Virus record (IMG/VR): IMGVR_UViG_3300045988_085724
Coordinates: 32,001-96,000 of that record
From: a virus
Length of the DNA: 64,000 nucleotides
Reading direction: 5' to 3' (one strand)
Of the stretch, positions 36,861-44,517 are shown one piece after another. The notes under the pieces were generated by a model. That model searched no databases, had not been told where the DNA came from, and saw nothing but the letters and a program-made list of their open reading frames with translations. The position numbers and the translations under genes were made by a program. Every line of letters begins with the position of its first letter. The stretch's first letter is position 1.

Positions 36861-37122
36861 TAGCCCATGTAGGTATCGATCCCACTCCTTCGGGGTTCTT
36901 CCAACATCATGTCACCATGACCGTAAAACGTTGTTGGCTGGACTTTGTCTTCACCATGCTTTCGTTTAGGTGTCTCGTATAAAGTCTCTACACTCGGTAT
37001 TTAAACCTAGCTCGGCGTTATCTACTAGAGACGTTCGCCGACTTAGCGAGATGTTCATCTAAATGTTTCCAAATAGAGCTCCACCAAAGAGCCCGACGTG
37101 CTAGCCAGTACACAAATGGGCA
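36861..37122 (-). tRNA. tRNA-Sup(CUA), amber suppressor, split by a group I intron in the anticodon loop (exon 1 37088..37122, exon 2 36861..36897)
   Basis: Exon 1 is TGCCCAT-TT-GTGT-ACTGGCTA-GCAC-G-TCGGG-CTCT. Exon 2 is AAC-CCCGA-AGGA-GTGGG-ATCGATA-CCTAC-ATGGGCT-A. Joining them gives a 72-nt cloverleaf with the 7-nt loop C-U-CUA-A-C. The splice points are fixed by the U.G pair in P1 and by the terminal intron G. Confidence 0.8.
36898..37087 (-). ncRNA. group I intron (IC3-like, tRNA-type), 190 nt
   Basis: P1 pairs exon GGGCUCU with intron GGAGCUC, with U.G at the splice site. Core strings are GUCGGCGAAC...UAACGCCGAGCUAGG and GUGUAGAGACU...CACCUAA...GAAAGCAUGG. These closely resemble the Azoarcus tRNA-Ile intron as I recall it. 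The 3' extension has a UCAUG-GUGA-CAUGA (GNRA) hairpin and a CCAACA/UGUUGG helix, and ends in G. Confidence 0.8.
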
Positions 37123-37338
37123 ATAATGTTGACATTTGTATCCCTCTGCCAACGAAGGGTGTAATTTATGCATCATTACAAAGCCGGACCTCATTCGTGT
37201 CGTTGTCTTCGCAGGACAATTAACCGATCCTGTGCAATCGGTTTGATTATTTCGTAATCAACGCATATTTTATAAACTATCGTTTACTAAATATGAAAGT
37301 AATATAACCTCCTTTCTTAAGGGAGATTAATATTTGGG

Positions 37339-37557
37339 TTATACAAATAAAGATATGACTATTATTTGTAAAGCTTGGCCGATTACTCCGCCAATTTCAC
37401 CAGCGGCTATGTCTAACCAATCAAACTTACCGCCATTTTGTTTATCTTTAAATTCCATACCGAATGCCAATCCTGTACTAAACAGTATTGTGCCAATGAA
37501 GGCTGCTGGTATAGAATATAAAAGATGTTTTGGTCTGTTACTTTCTTTTAACCACAT
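37339..37557 (-). CDS. small membrane protein
   Basis: Intact 72-aa ORF with two hydrophobic segments and a TAA stop. Followed by a CTCC/GGAG hairpin. Confidence 0.55.
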   Translation of the reverse strand: MWLKESNRPKHLLYSIPAAFIGTILFSTGLAFGMEFKDKQNGGKFDWLDIAAGEIGGVIGQALQIIVISLFV

Positions 37558-37621
37558 ATTATTTGTATATTTATGTTTAAATAAAAAATTTACATTATGA
37601 AAATTCTCATCATTATGGATA

Positions 37622-37693
37622 GAACCTTATGCCGGAATCGAACCGACCTAGTAGCTTTGTATCGCCTGACTCCACCAGTTGTCTTATAAGGTT
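37622..37693 (-). ncRNA. tRNA-like element: 8-bp acceptor stem, T-arm and D-arm, but no foldable anticodon arm
   Basis: Minus-strand read is AACCTTAT...GAC-AACTGGTGGA-GTC...GTCGG-TTCGATT-CCGGC-ATAAGGTT. I could not fold the 19-nt middle segment GGCGATACAAAGCTACTAG into a 5-bp stem with a 7-nt loop. Confidence 0.45.
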
Positions 37694-37728
37694 ACATTTG
37701 TTAATATGAGCTCAATTATAAGTATGGA

Positions 37729-37812
37729 GCGCAGAGCCCAGGATTTGAACCTTGATTCTTCTGATAATCACCAAAGGTTAATCAGATGTTTTACCTTATA
37801 AACTACTCCGCG
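37729..37812 (-). ncRNA. tRNA-like element: 8-bp acceptor, D-arm and T-arm, with a long irregular hairpin in place of the anticodon arm
   Basis: Minus-strand read is CGCGGAGT-A-GTTT-ATAAGGTA-AAAC-A-TCTGAT[TAACCTTTGGTGATT]ATCAGA-AGAAT-CAAGG-TTCAAAT-CCTGG-GCTCTGCG. There is no 7-nt anticodon loop. Confidence 0.45.
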
Positions 37813-37839
37813 AGGAATTTCTTAACTGTGTTCATGTCG

Positions 37840-37914
37840 TGGGCGCTGATGGATTCGAACCACCGACCACCTACTTGTAAGGCAGGTGCTCTAAACCAGC
37901 TGAGCTAAGCGCCC
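37840..37914 (-). tRNA. tRNA-Val(UAC)
   Basis: Minus-strand read is GGGCGCT-TA-GCTC-AGCTGGTTT-AGAGC-A-CCTGC-CTTACAA-GTAGG-TGGTC-GGTGG-TTCGAAT-CCATC-AGCGCCC-A. This is a canonical cloverleaf. Confidence 0.85.
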
Positions 37915-37963
37915 AAAGTACAGTGTTTGAGGTACACCGTAAAACCTAGTTTTAGTAACCAAC

Positions 37964-38266
37964 TTATTTCTTTCGTGTGATCCAATCCCAGAAACGAGCA
38001 AAGATGTTCTTTTTCTTAGGAGTCTCTTTCTCTGTCTCATTAGCAATAGGAGCAAATGCCTTTGTAAGTGCTTCTGTAACAAGAGCACTAATTCTTTCAG
38101 TTGAAAGAATTGCCTCACTTACTGCATGACCAACAGTAGCGTTGTATTCAAATTTAGTGATAGGTACACCAGCATTAACTTTCTCTTTTGCTATTGCTAC
38201 AAATACATCAACATCATCGATGCATTCTGTAAGATCTACTACAAATGTATATTTATTCTTTTTCAT
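37964..38266 (-). CDS. hypothetical protein
   Basis: Track ORF 37964..38296. The likely start is MKKNKY at 38266. Confidence 0.5.
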   Translation of the reverse strand: MKKNKYTFVVDLTECIDDVDVFVAIAKEKVNAGVPITKFEYNATVGHAVSEAILSTERISALVTEALTKAFAPIANETEKETPKKKNIFARFWDWITRKK

Positions 38267-38286
38267 AATACCGATATTAATTATTT

Positions 38287-38670
38287 TTACTCGCATTTAC
38301 AACAGTCACAGCTACATGATCCTTTGCAGATAGAATAAGCTGCGTCAATCATTGCATCATTCTTTTTTGCCTCTTCTCGTTTGATATAAGCAAGAACGTT
38401 CTCCTTCCAGTCTTTGTTCTTTATTACAATCACAGGATAAATAATCCAATCTTCATCGTAGAACGTTACGATAATATCACCTTTATCTGCCTTGAGTACC
38501 ACATCTTTTCCGTTCTTTTTATAACGAATCTCCATGTCCTCTGGTGCAATATAACATTCATTGACGCTGCATCTAAACGGAGCAATTGTTTCGACTGTCT
38601 GCTTATTAAAATCTATGAATACCGGACGTTTTACGTATTTACCGGTTCCAATAAAACTAAGTGTCTTCAT
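38287..38670 (-). CDS. hypothetical protein with Cys-rich C-terminus (CKGSCSCDCCKCE)
   Basis: Intact 127-aa ORF. Its ATG overlaps the upstream TGA. Confidence 0.55.
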   Translation of the reverse strand: MKTLSFIGTGKYVKRPVFIDFNKQTVETIAPFRCSVNECYIAPEDMEIRYKKNGKDVVLKADKGDIIVTFYDEDWIIYPVIVIKNKDWKENVLAYIKREEAKKNDAMIDAAYSICKGSCSCDCCKCE

Positions 38671-38873
38671 CTGTACGTTTGTTTTTTATTTGTTTTAAAT
38701 CTGGTTTTCAGCTTAAACTTAAATAGCGTATTGAATAGTATGTCTTTAGTTTCATCTCCTTTCATTAAGTTTACTGTCTGTTTAAAAGGATGTTTACATA
38801 CACTACTTACAATCTATTCATCTATGTTAAGTTTTTTAGATACTTCTTTTACGACATCATCTATATCAATCAT
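38667..38873 (-). CDS. small hypothetical protein, one in-frame TAG
   Basis: ATG at 38873-38871 overlaps the upstream stop. TGA at 38667-38669 overlaps the next ATG. Below the track length cut-off because of the TAG. Confidence 0.45.
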
Positions 38874-39273
38874 TCTTTACAGCTACAATATCGAAATATC
38901 TGATAAGTCTACTATCTTTAAGTAGATCAAAAGGCATTGTTCTAGTCTGTTTGTAAAGAATAACATCTCCAACTTTTATTTCCATCAAAGTTGAATGGTT
39001 ATTAGTTTCTTTGTATGTAATAGGAACTTTAATTACAACACCTTGCTGATAATCAGATTCTACTTCTTTTACCTCGGTTTTAGGGGTTCCTTCAATGGCT
39101 TCTACGCCATCAGCATCCTTAACCGGTTTACTATTTGGAAGTTCTGTAACTTCCTTCTTTACCATAATCTTGTCCAGCGGTTTTACAAGAAAGCAATCGT
39201 GAAATGTATAAGGGATCTTTTCAGCAACGCTCTCTGCTAACTGCGACTGATTTATCAATTTCTCTTCGTTCAT
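38866..39273 (-). CDS. GroES-like co-chaperonin candidate
   Basis: 135 aa with a ...KPLDKIMVKKE...QQGVVIKVP...VGDVILY... pattern, reminiscent of Hsp10. Confidence 0.4.
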   Translation of the reverse strand: MNEEKLINQSQLAESVAEKIPYTFHDCFLVKPLDKIMVKKEVTELPNSKPVKDADGVEAIEGTPKTEVKEVESDYQQGVVIKVPITYKETNNHSTLMEIKVGDVILYKQTRTMPFDLLKDSRLIRYFDIVAVKND

Positions 39274-39671
39274 TTTCTAAGGTTCTTTAGGTAGTTAAGA
39301 GTCTTAATGAGATTTTTAAGTACAGTAGTCTTTTCTACTTTAAGGCATTCGGGAGCATTATTCATATCAGAGTCAATGTTCTTGAGATCGCTTGTGTATG
39401 TATTAAGCATCTTATCAATCTCATCGAATACATTCACGAAAGGCTTCTTAGGTTCGTCCATATCAACAATTCCCTCTTCTGCCATTTCCTTCATATAATC
39501 GGCGGATACTGTAAATTCTGATGTAAGCGATGATTTAAAATCGCCAGAATCATCAGTACGAGTAAACTCATCATGCTGCTTAGCAGTATAACTCCCATCT
39601 TCATTCAGCTCAAATGTATCACCAGGAACCAAATGCATAAACGGTTTAATAACATTTAATGTTTTTGTCAT
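39270..39671 (-). CDS. hypothetical protein (first gene of the minus-strand module)
   Basis: Track ORF 39270..39755. The likely start is MTKTLNV at 39671. ATGA overlap with the next gene. Confidence 0.5.
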   Translation of the reverse strand: MTKTLNVIKPFMHLVPGDTFELNEDGSYTAKQHDEFTRTDDSGDFKSSLTSEFTVSADYMKEMAEEGIVDMDEPKKPFVNVFDEIDKMLNTYTSDLKNIDSDMNNAPECLKVEKTTVLKNLIKTLNYLKNLRK

Positions 39672-39854
39672 AGCTTCTATTTTTGTTTTACGCCGCCTTA
39701 ACGTAATGACATATACATTTGGTTGCAATAGGTAAATATTTTTATAATTTTGCAACTTTTTCGTGTATTTTACGTTATGTCGGCATAAGAAGGGGGACTA
39801 TAGGGGGTTAATAAACTTATATAGTCTATATTAACATAAGACTAATAGATTTGT

Positions 39855-40334
39855 ATGAATGATATAGAATTAAATGCTATTTTATACTACGCTGATCTTC
39901 TAAGTCTAAAAGAAACTTCTACGCCAGTAACAGATAACTGTAAGTGGTATTTCGTACATAACATGCCTATGAATAGTGCATGTATAGTAAATCTAATGCC
40001 TACATATGATGAAAATAATAAATATTTCATACAGGCTAAAGAAGATTACTATAGACTAAAAGAGAAGTTCTTAGACGATGGGGTTGAAAGTATTGTAGGA
40101 CACATATGCAATTTGGATGCTCTTGGTTGTATAAATGCAGAGCAAATGCTCAAGTGTATACACCAATATAGTTCCCGTAGGGAACGAGCATAGTCATTCA
40201 GTAAATACTATAATTGGAAGAATAATCAAATATTTACGCATAAAACAATCAATGAGAACGGAGATGTAGTAGAACAAGAATGTACAAAATATGTGTTACA
40301 CGCTGAAATAGGCCGCAGAGGACATACGCTTTAA
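39855..40334 (+). CDS. Panacea/DUF4065-like (SocA/GepA-type) candidate; TAG at 40191 followed by a 46-codon open extension
   Basis: N-terminus reads ...LNAILYYADLLSL.... The track ORF stops at TAG 40191-40193. The same frame stays open to TAA at 40332-40334. Confidence 0.45.
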
Positions 40335-40408
40335 GAAAGCAGTAGAATGGCTAAAAAAGGATTAGAAAGCCCGGTTAAAAAACGGGTATTACGATAAAGA
40401 TAATTTAT

Positions 40409-40771
40409 ATGGGAAAGATTTGTAAATACGCTAATATATATAGCAAAGAGTGCACTTCTTATAATTGTAAAGACCACATTATACGTCATGTAGACGATAA
40501 TGGCGTACTTAAGGGCTATACAATGGAAGAGCTCGAACAATTAGTAGACAACCTTGGTAACGATAAAGATGAGAACGGTAAAATACGTAACATTGAAGCT
40601 TTCAATAACGCATCATCTATACTGTTACAGTACTATCAGAAATACGGATATCCGCACAAAGACGAGTTGTTAAATATGTTAAGTAAAGCAAAACAACGTC
40701 CGATTGAAGAACAAGTAACTGACGCACTAAACGATACATACGATGAATACGAAGAAATTAAAAAAGCCTAA
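40409..40771 (+). CDS. hypothetical protein
   Basis: Intact ORF with a TAA stop. Confidence 0.55.
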   Translation: MGKICKYANIYSKECTSYNCKDHIIRHVDDNGVLKGYTMEELEQLVDNLGNDKDENGKIRNIEAFNNASSILLQYYQKYGYPHKDELLNMLSKAKQRPIEEQVTDALNDTYDEYEEIKKA

Positions 40772-41174
40772 CGTATATTCGTATAAATGCGATATATATC
40801 CAACCAAATTAGACATAATGTTTGATATAAATTGCATAGAATATTTAAACGATACATACGGCTGGGCAGCTGCTCCAGATGCACTATTTGTACAAGATGA
40901 CGATGATCACTATGGTTCTACATATGATCTATTATACAATAAACTCGATATGTACAAAACAATATTAGTTGTATTCGATGGAATACCATCTTCTCCACAA
41001 ATGGCGCATGAAGCATTTCACGTAGCAAATGGTATCCTAAAGAGCGTAGATCTCGAATTTAATTACAGTAAAAATACAGGCAACGAGCATTTAGCTTACA
41101 TAATAGAATGGGCAGTTAAATGTATGTGCGATGCTATAGAAAAAGAAAAGAAATGCAAAAAGAAGACAAAGTAA
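40743..41174 (+). CDS. small HExxH (zinc-metallopeptidase-like) protein
   Basis: Contains ...MAHEAFHVANGIL.... The start is uncertain, because the ORF overlaps the previous gene. Confidence 0.5.
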   Translation: MNTKKLKKPNVYSYKCDIYPTKLDIMFDINCIEYLNDTYGWAAAPDALFVQDDDDHYGSTYDLLYNKLDMYKTILVVFDGIPSSPQMAHEAFHVANGILKSVDLEFNYSKNTGNEHLAYIIEWAVKCMCDAIEKEKKCKKKTK

Positions 41175-41401
41175 ATCACCCGTCACATTATCTTTGGCTA
41201 AAAGATAAAGCGGGTATTGAAGTAATAGATATTACCAGACATATGGATTTTGACCTCGGTAACGCTATAAAATACATTTTAAGGGCTGGTCATAAAACTG
41301 AAGAAGGATACGACGATAAAGCTAAGACCGTAGAGGATCTTAAGAAAGCAGTTTGGTATATTAACGATAAAATTAAAACATTAGAAAATGAAACTAATTG
41401 A
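41153..41401 (+). CDS. DUF3310-like phage protein
   Basis: Contains NHPSHY...IEVIDI...LGNAIKYILRAGHK, the family signature as I recall it. Confidence 0.6.
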   Translation: MQKEDKVNHPSHYLWLKDKAGIEVIDITRHMDFDLGNAIKYILRAGHKTEEGYDDKAKTVEDLKKAVWYINDKIKTLENETN

Positions 41402-42179
41402 GCAATCAGCAGAGATTTGTAAAACACACGGTTATACATTACAAGATATCTATAAAGATATAGAGCGTGCTGCTAGAGTATCGTATAAATCTGAAGACAA
41501 GATAACTGAAGATAGTGCTGAAAAGATGGTTGAACGCCTCATAAATATGAAGCATTATAGTCCATTAGAGTTTGGTACTGTATATCTTGAAATTGACGAC
41601 ATAGATAAGGTTCAAAAATACATAAATAACCCATATTCAAGAGTAAGCGGAAATTGCTATGTAACAACTAACTATAGAGTTATAATAGAAAATCATTGGC
41701 AACAAGATCTTAAATACTTAGTAGAACCTACTAGATTTCATATGCGTCGTATAACAGCTCATTTCATAACAAACAGAGCTGTATCACATGAATTGGTGCG
41801 TCATAGATCTATGTCGTTTATGCAAGAATCACAACGCTACTGTAACTACTCTAAGGGTAAGTTCAATAATGAATTGACATTCATATATTCTGTATCAATG
41901 TACAGTGAAACTATATCACTGCATAGTGAAAATAGTTACGTAGATTTTCTTACTGCAGCAGAAAATAAATACATGGATCTTATAGATAAAGGATGGAAAC
42001 CACAACAAGCACGTATAGTATTACCAAATGCTACTAAAACAGAGCTATATATGTGTGGATTTGAGGATGATTGGGATCATTTCTTTGACTTAAGAGATAA
42101 AGACGTAGTAGATCCTCAGATGTATGATTTAGCACATAAATTACATTTAGAATTCATAGAGAAAGGTAAATGCAAATGA
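41388..42179 (+). CDS. thyX: FAD-dependent thymidylate synthase
   Basis: Contains the ThyX motif RHRSMSFMQESQRY plus the ...HYSPLEFG... block. Confidence 0.85.
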   Translation: MKLIEQSAEICKTHGYTLQDIYKDIERAARVSYKSEDKITEDSAEKMVERLINMKHYSPLEFGTVYLEIDDIDKVQKYINNPYSRVSGNCYVTTNYRVIIENHWQQDLKYLVEPTRFHMRRITAHFITNRAVSHELVRHRSMSFMQESQRYCNYSKGKFNNELTFIYSVSMYSETISLHSENSYVDFLTAAENKYMDLIDKGWKPQQARIVLPNATKTELYMCGFEDDWDHFFDLRDKDVVDPQMYDLAHKLHLEFIEKGKCK

Positions 42180-42343
42180 AAAAACAATTAGATGAAACTG
42201 AGCGTAATAGAATGCTCAAGTTAATTGATGAAGCTAAGAAACGTGGAGAAGACGGAATAGCTAGTATGCTACAATTAGCTATAGATCTTAGTGATAAAGG
42301 GGAATACGATAAATTCATACAAATATTTAGTGAAAATGATTGA
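42176..42343 (+). CDS. small hypothetical protein (55 aa)
   Basis: ATGA overlap with the thyX stop. Ends TGA, overlapping the next ATG. Confidence 0.4.
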   Translation: MKKQLDETERNRMLKLIDEAKKRGEDGIASMLQLAIDLSDKGEYDKFIQIFSEND

Positions 42344-42539
42344 AACGTTATTACAATTGTCGGTCATAATTGGTATAGGTTTCTTTGTCGCCTGGGTAGT
42401 ATCTCCAGATAAAAACGTAGAAACATATAGGAAATATATTAAAAATATAATCGAATCTATCATAACTGACGCATTTAGTTTATATCCAGACCAGAAAGAT
42501 GCGATAATATATATTAGAAAGAGATTATTGGGTAATTAA
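42336..42539 (+). CDS. small membrane protein
   Basis: Starts MIETLLQLSVIIGIGFFVAWVV.... Followed by a terminator. Confidence 0.5.
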   Translation: MIETLLQLSVIIGIGFFVAWVVSPDKNVETYRKYIKNIIESIITDAFSLYPDQKDAIIYIRKRLLGN

Positions 42540-42543
42540 TATA

Positions 42544-42580
42544 ATCCGGGTTAGCCTAGCTAGCTCGGATTTTTTATTTT
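42544..42580 (+). terminator. rho-independent terminator
   Basis: ATCCG...CGGAT hairpin followed by TTTTTATTTT. Confidence 0.6.
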
Positions 42581-42761
42581 TATTTTTTAAAATTTTTTAT
42601 TTTACAGGCATATAAAGAGGAAACAAAAAATTTATTTTATGGACATAAAAAGAGGAAACTCTATTGGTTAGTCCCCCGGGATGTTTTAGCGGATGGAAGC
42701 ACCCCCACCTAAACGTTCCAGACTCCGAATACTGAACCAAGTCAGATTAAAACTTAAAATT

Positions 42762-42938
42762 ATGAGTAGATTGGATTCTTTCTTGTTTGTAGTGATAGCA
42801 TTCGGCATATTGCTGATGTATGTAATCACAATGATAGACATCGTTGGATTTGGGGATAAGATATTATTCACAATTGTCTTCTTGCCAATGATTGTGGTTT
42901 GCCTATACATACTAAAAGAAGTATGGAGTAACAAATAA
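42762..42938 (+). CDS. small two-TM membrane protein
   Basis: Starts MSRLDSFLFVVIAFGILLMYVITMIDIV.... Internal ATG of track ORF 42693..42938. Confidence 0.5.
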   Translation: MSRLDSFLFVVIAFGILLMYVITMIDIVGFGDKILFTIVFLPMIVVCLYILKEVWSNK

Positions 42939-42978
42939 GCTGTGTGGTGTGCACGTCATTTGGCGTGTGCACTTCACA

Positions 42979-42994
42979 CTTAAACTGTCCATAC
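42979..42994 (+). promoter_or_regulatory. conserved intergenic motif CTTAAACTGTCCATAC (copy 1 of 5), putative phage promoter element
   Basis: Lies 52 nt upstream of the ATG at 43046 and directly after a hairpin. Confidence 0.5.
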
Positions 42995-43045
42995 ATACTA
43001 CTCTAATCACATGCAATATTGCACTAACATTAAATTAACAAACAT

Positions 43046-43366
43046 ATGCTTACATTACATCAATTCACAGCCTATTGCAAACGTCATAACCTCACTGCCG
43101 TAGTCATGTCGGCAACGTTCATGATACATAACGACGAATGCATTGGCGAAAGTATAAAACTCTCACAAGACGACCCCAATTCGTATAAAAAGCATCAAGA
43201 AGGTTTGCTCACATACGACACTGTTCGCATGCTGTCTCCAGCTGATGCATACGACAAATTGCAGTATGCATTCTCAACTCCCGAAGATCTCGTAAAAGCA
43301 CACATGCATTCATTAATGCCTAAGCGTGCCGTATTCTCAAACAACGTCGAAGACCTTCCGTTCTAA
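43046..43366 (+). CDS. hypothetical protein
   Basis: Intact ORF with a TAA stop, its own motif and a hairpin. Confidence 0.6.
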   Translation: MLTLHQFTAYCKRHNLTAVVMSATFMIHNDECIGESIKLSQDDPNSYKKHQEGLLTYDTVRMLSPADAYDKLQYAFSTPEDLVKAHMHSLMPKRAVFSNNVEDLPF

Positions 43367-43408
43367 CTACACAACAAGCGGCGCACCTTGCGTGCGTTGC
43401 TTTGTGTT

Positions 43409-43424
43409 CTTAAACTGTCCATAC
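43409..43424 (+). promoter_or_regulatory. conserved motif CTTAAACTGTCCATAC (copy 2)
   Basis: Identical 16-mer to copy 1. Lies 42 nt upstream of the ATG at 43466. Confidence 0.5.
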
Positions 43425-43465
43425 AAAGTCAGCTCTATCATAATGCATAACTAAAACATACAATT

Positions 43466-43663
43466 ATGGAAAAGACAAAGATGAAACCGATAGAGGTTTG
43501 GCGTGTCGGTATACAAAATGGCGCTAACTGTGGTTATAATTGGACATGGTCTCCTGAGTTCCCAAGCTTTGACGCAATAATAGCAGCCTATCACGATTGG
43601 TTTGTTGCTAATCCTATGCGTCGCATACAATTCCGCAAGGAAACCAAGTTCATACCAGCGTAA
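43466..43663 (+). CDS. hypothetical protein
   Basis: Intact 65-aa ORF. Confidence 0.5.
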   Translation: MEKTKMKPIEVWRVGIQNGANCGYNWTWSPEFPSFDAIIAAYHDWFVANPMRRIQFRKETKFIPA

Positions 43664-43736
43664 CTACATGGGCATTGGTGCAGCTTTGCTGTGCCTTTGC
43701 CCTTTTCTTTTGCAATCTTTTAAACACATTATACAT

Positions 43737-44030
43737 ATGAAACATTTGTTCGTACTCTTCATGTTGTCATTCACACTGACAGCAGCTGTAGCCACACAGC
43801 GAGACACAGTTGGCATTACAGACAACGTTACTAAAACTATCGTAGACCAACAACTTGTCAATGGCAAGCATGTCACACGATACTATGTTATTGCTGGAGG
43901 TAGACTCATTCCCTCTAATAGAGAGACTGTACATGCTATCGAACTTTGCCGTAAATACAACGCTAAATGCGCTCTTGCGGCTGTTGTGAACACCAAGACT
44001 AAGCGTGTATTGCGCATTATTCTTGATTAA
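43737..44030 (+). CDS. small secreted protein (signal-peptide-like N-terminus)
   Basis: Starts MKHLFVLFMLSFTLTAAVA.... Internal ATG of track ORF 43602..44030. Confidence 0.5.
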   Translation: MKHLFVLFMLSFTLTAAVATQRDTVGITDNVTKTIVDQQLVNGKHVTRYYVIAGGRLIPSNRETVHAIELCRKYNAKCALAAVVNTKTKRVLRIILD

Positions 44031-44044
44031 TCAATGGGCTAATT

Positions 44045-44065
44045 GGGTCACTTTGTGACCCTTTT
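44045..44065 (+). terminator. rho-independent terminator
   Basis: GGGTCA-CTTTG-TGACCC followed by TTTT. Confidence 0.75.
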
Positions 44066-44068
44066 GGC

Positions 44069-44084
44069 CCTAAACTTTCCATAC
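44069..44084 (+). promoter_or_regulatory. conserved motif CCTAAACTTTCCATAC (copy 3)
   Basis: Lies 38 nt upstream of the ATG at 44122. Confidence 0.5.
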
Positions 44085-44121
44085 ACACGGCTTAATTTAT
44101 ATGCACTAAAAATACACAATT

Positions 44122-44373
44122 ATGAAAAATTCAGCATTATTTATCGTTCTGGCCTTTGCATTAGGCCTTGGTGTTGGTCTCTATTCAGGTTATCGTAATG
44201 GTATGCGCAATCCTGACTTCTGTAACTACGTTGAGAACCTTGAACGTGTGGACAGCTGTTCACGTGTTCTTGTCGATAGGCATGATTTACCTGACATTGA
44301 TGGTTCAGATGAAATGTCTGATTTGCTTCAGGCATATCATGATATTGACGAGTTCTTGGATGACAACATCTAA
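44122..44373 (+). CDS. small membrane-anchored acidic protein
   Basis: Starts MKNSALFIVLAFALGLGVGLY.... Followed by a hairpin. Confidence 0.55.
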   Translation: MKNSALFIVLAFALGLGVGLYSGYRNGMRNPDFCNYVENLERVDSCSRVLVDRHDLPDIDGSDEMSDLLQAYHDIDEFLDDNI

Positions 44374-44517
44374 GCACAATTCCACTGAGCACCGCGCAAG
44401 CGGTTGCTCTCTGGAACATATGCATTGCAAACGTTATTTTGCACTATGGATATATGCTTTGCAAATATCGGAAACAATCCCAACGTAGCCTGTATATTTT
44501 AGCGAATCATTTTTGCC

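Noticed and set aside
37729-37812. The idea that the 8/5 tRNA-like element is tRNA-Sec (UCA).
   Set aside because: There is no UCA-containing 7-nt loop, no long variable arm, no 6-bp D-stem, and no selenoprotein machinery in the window. TGA clearly acts as a stop here.
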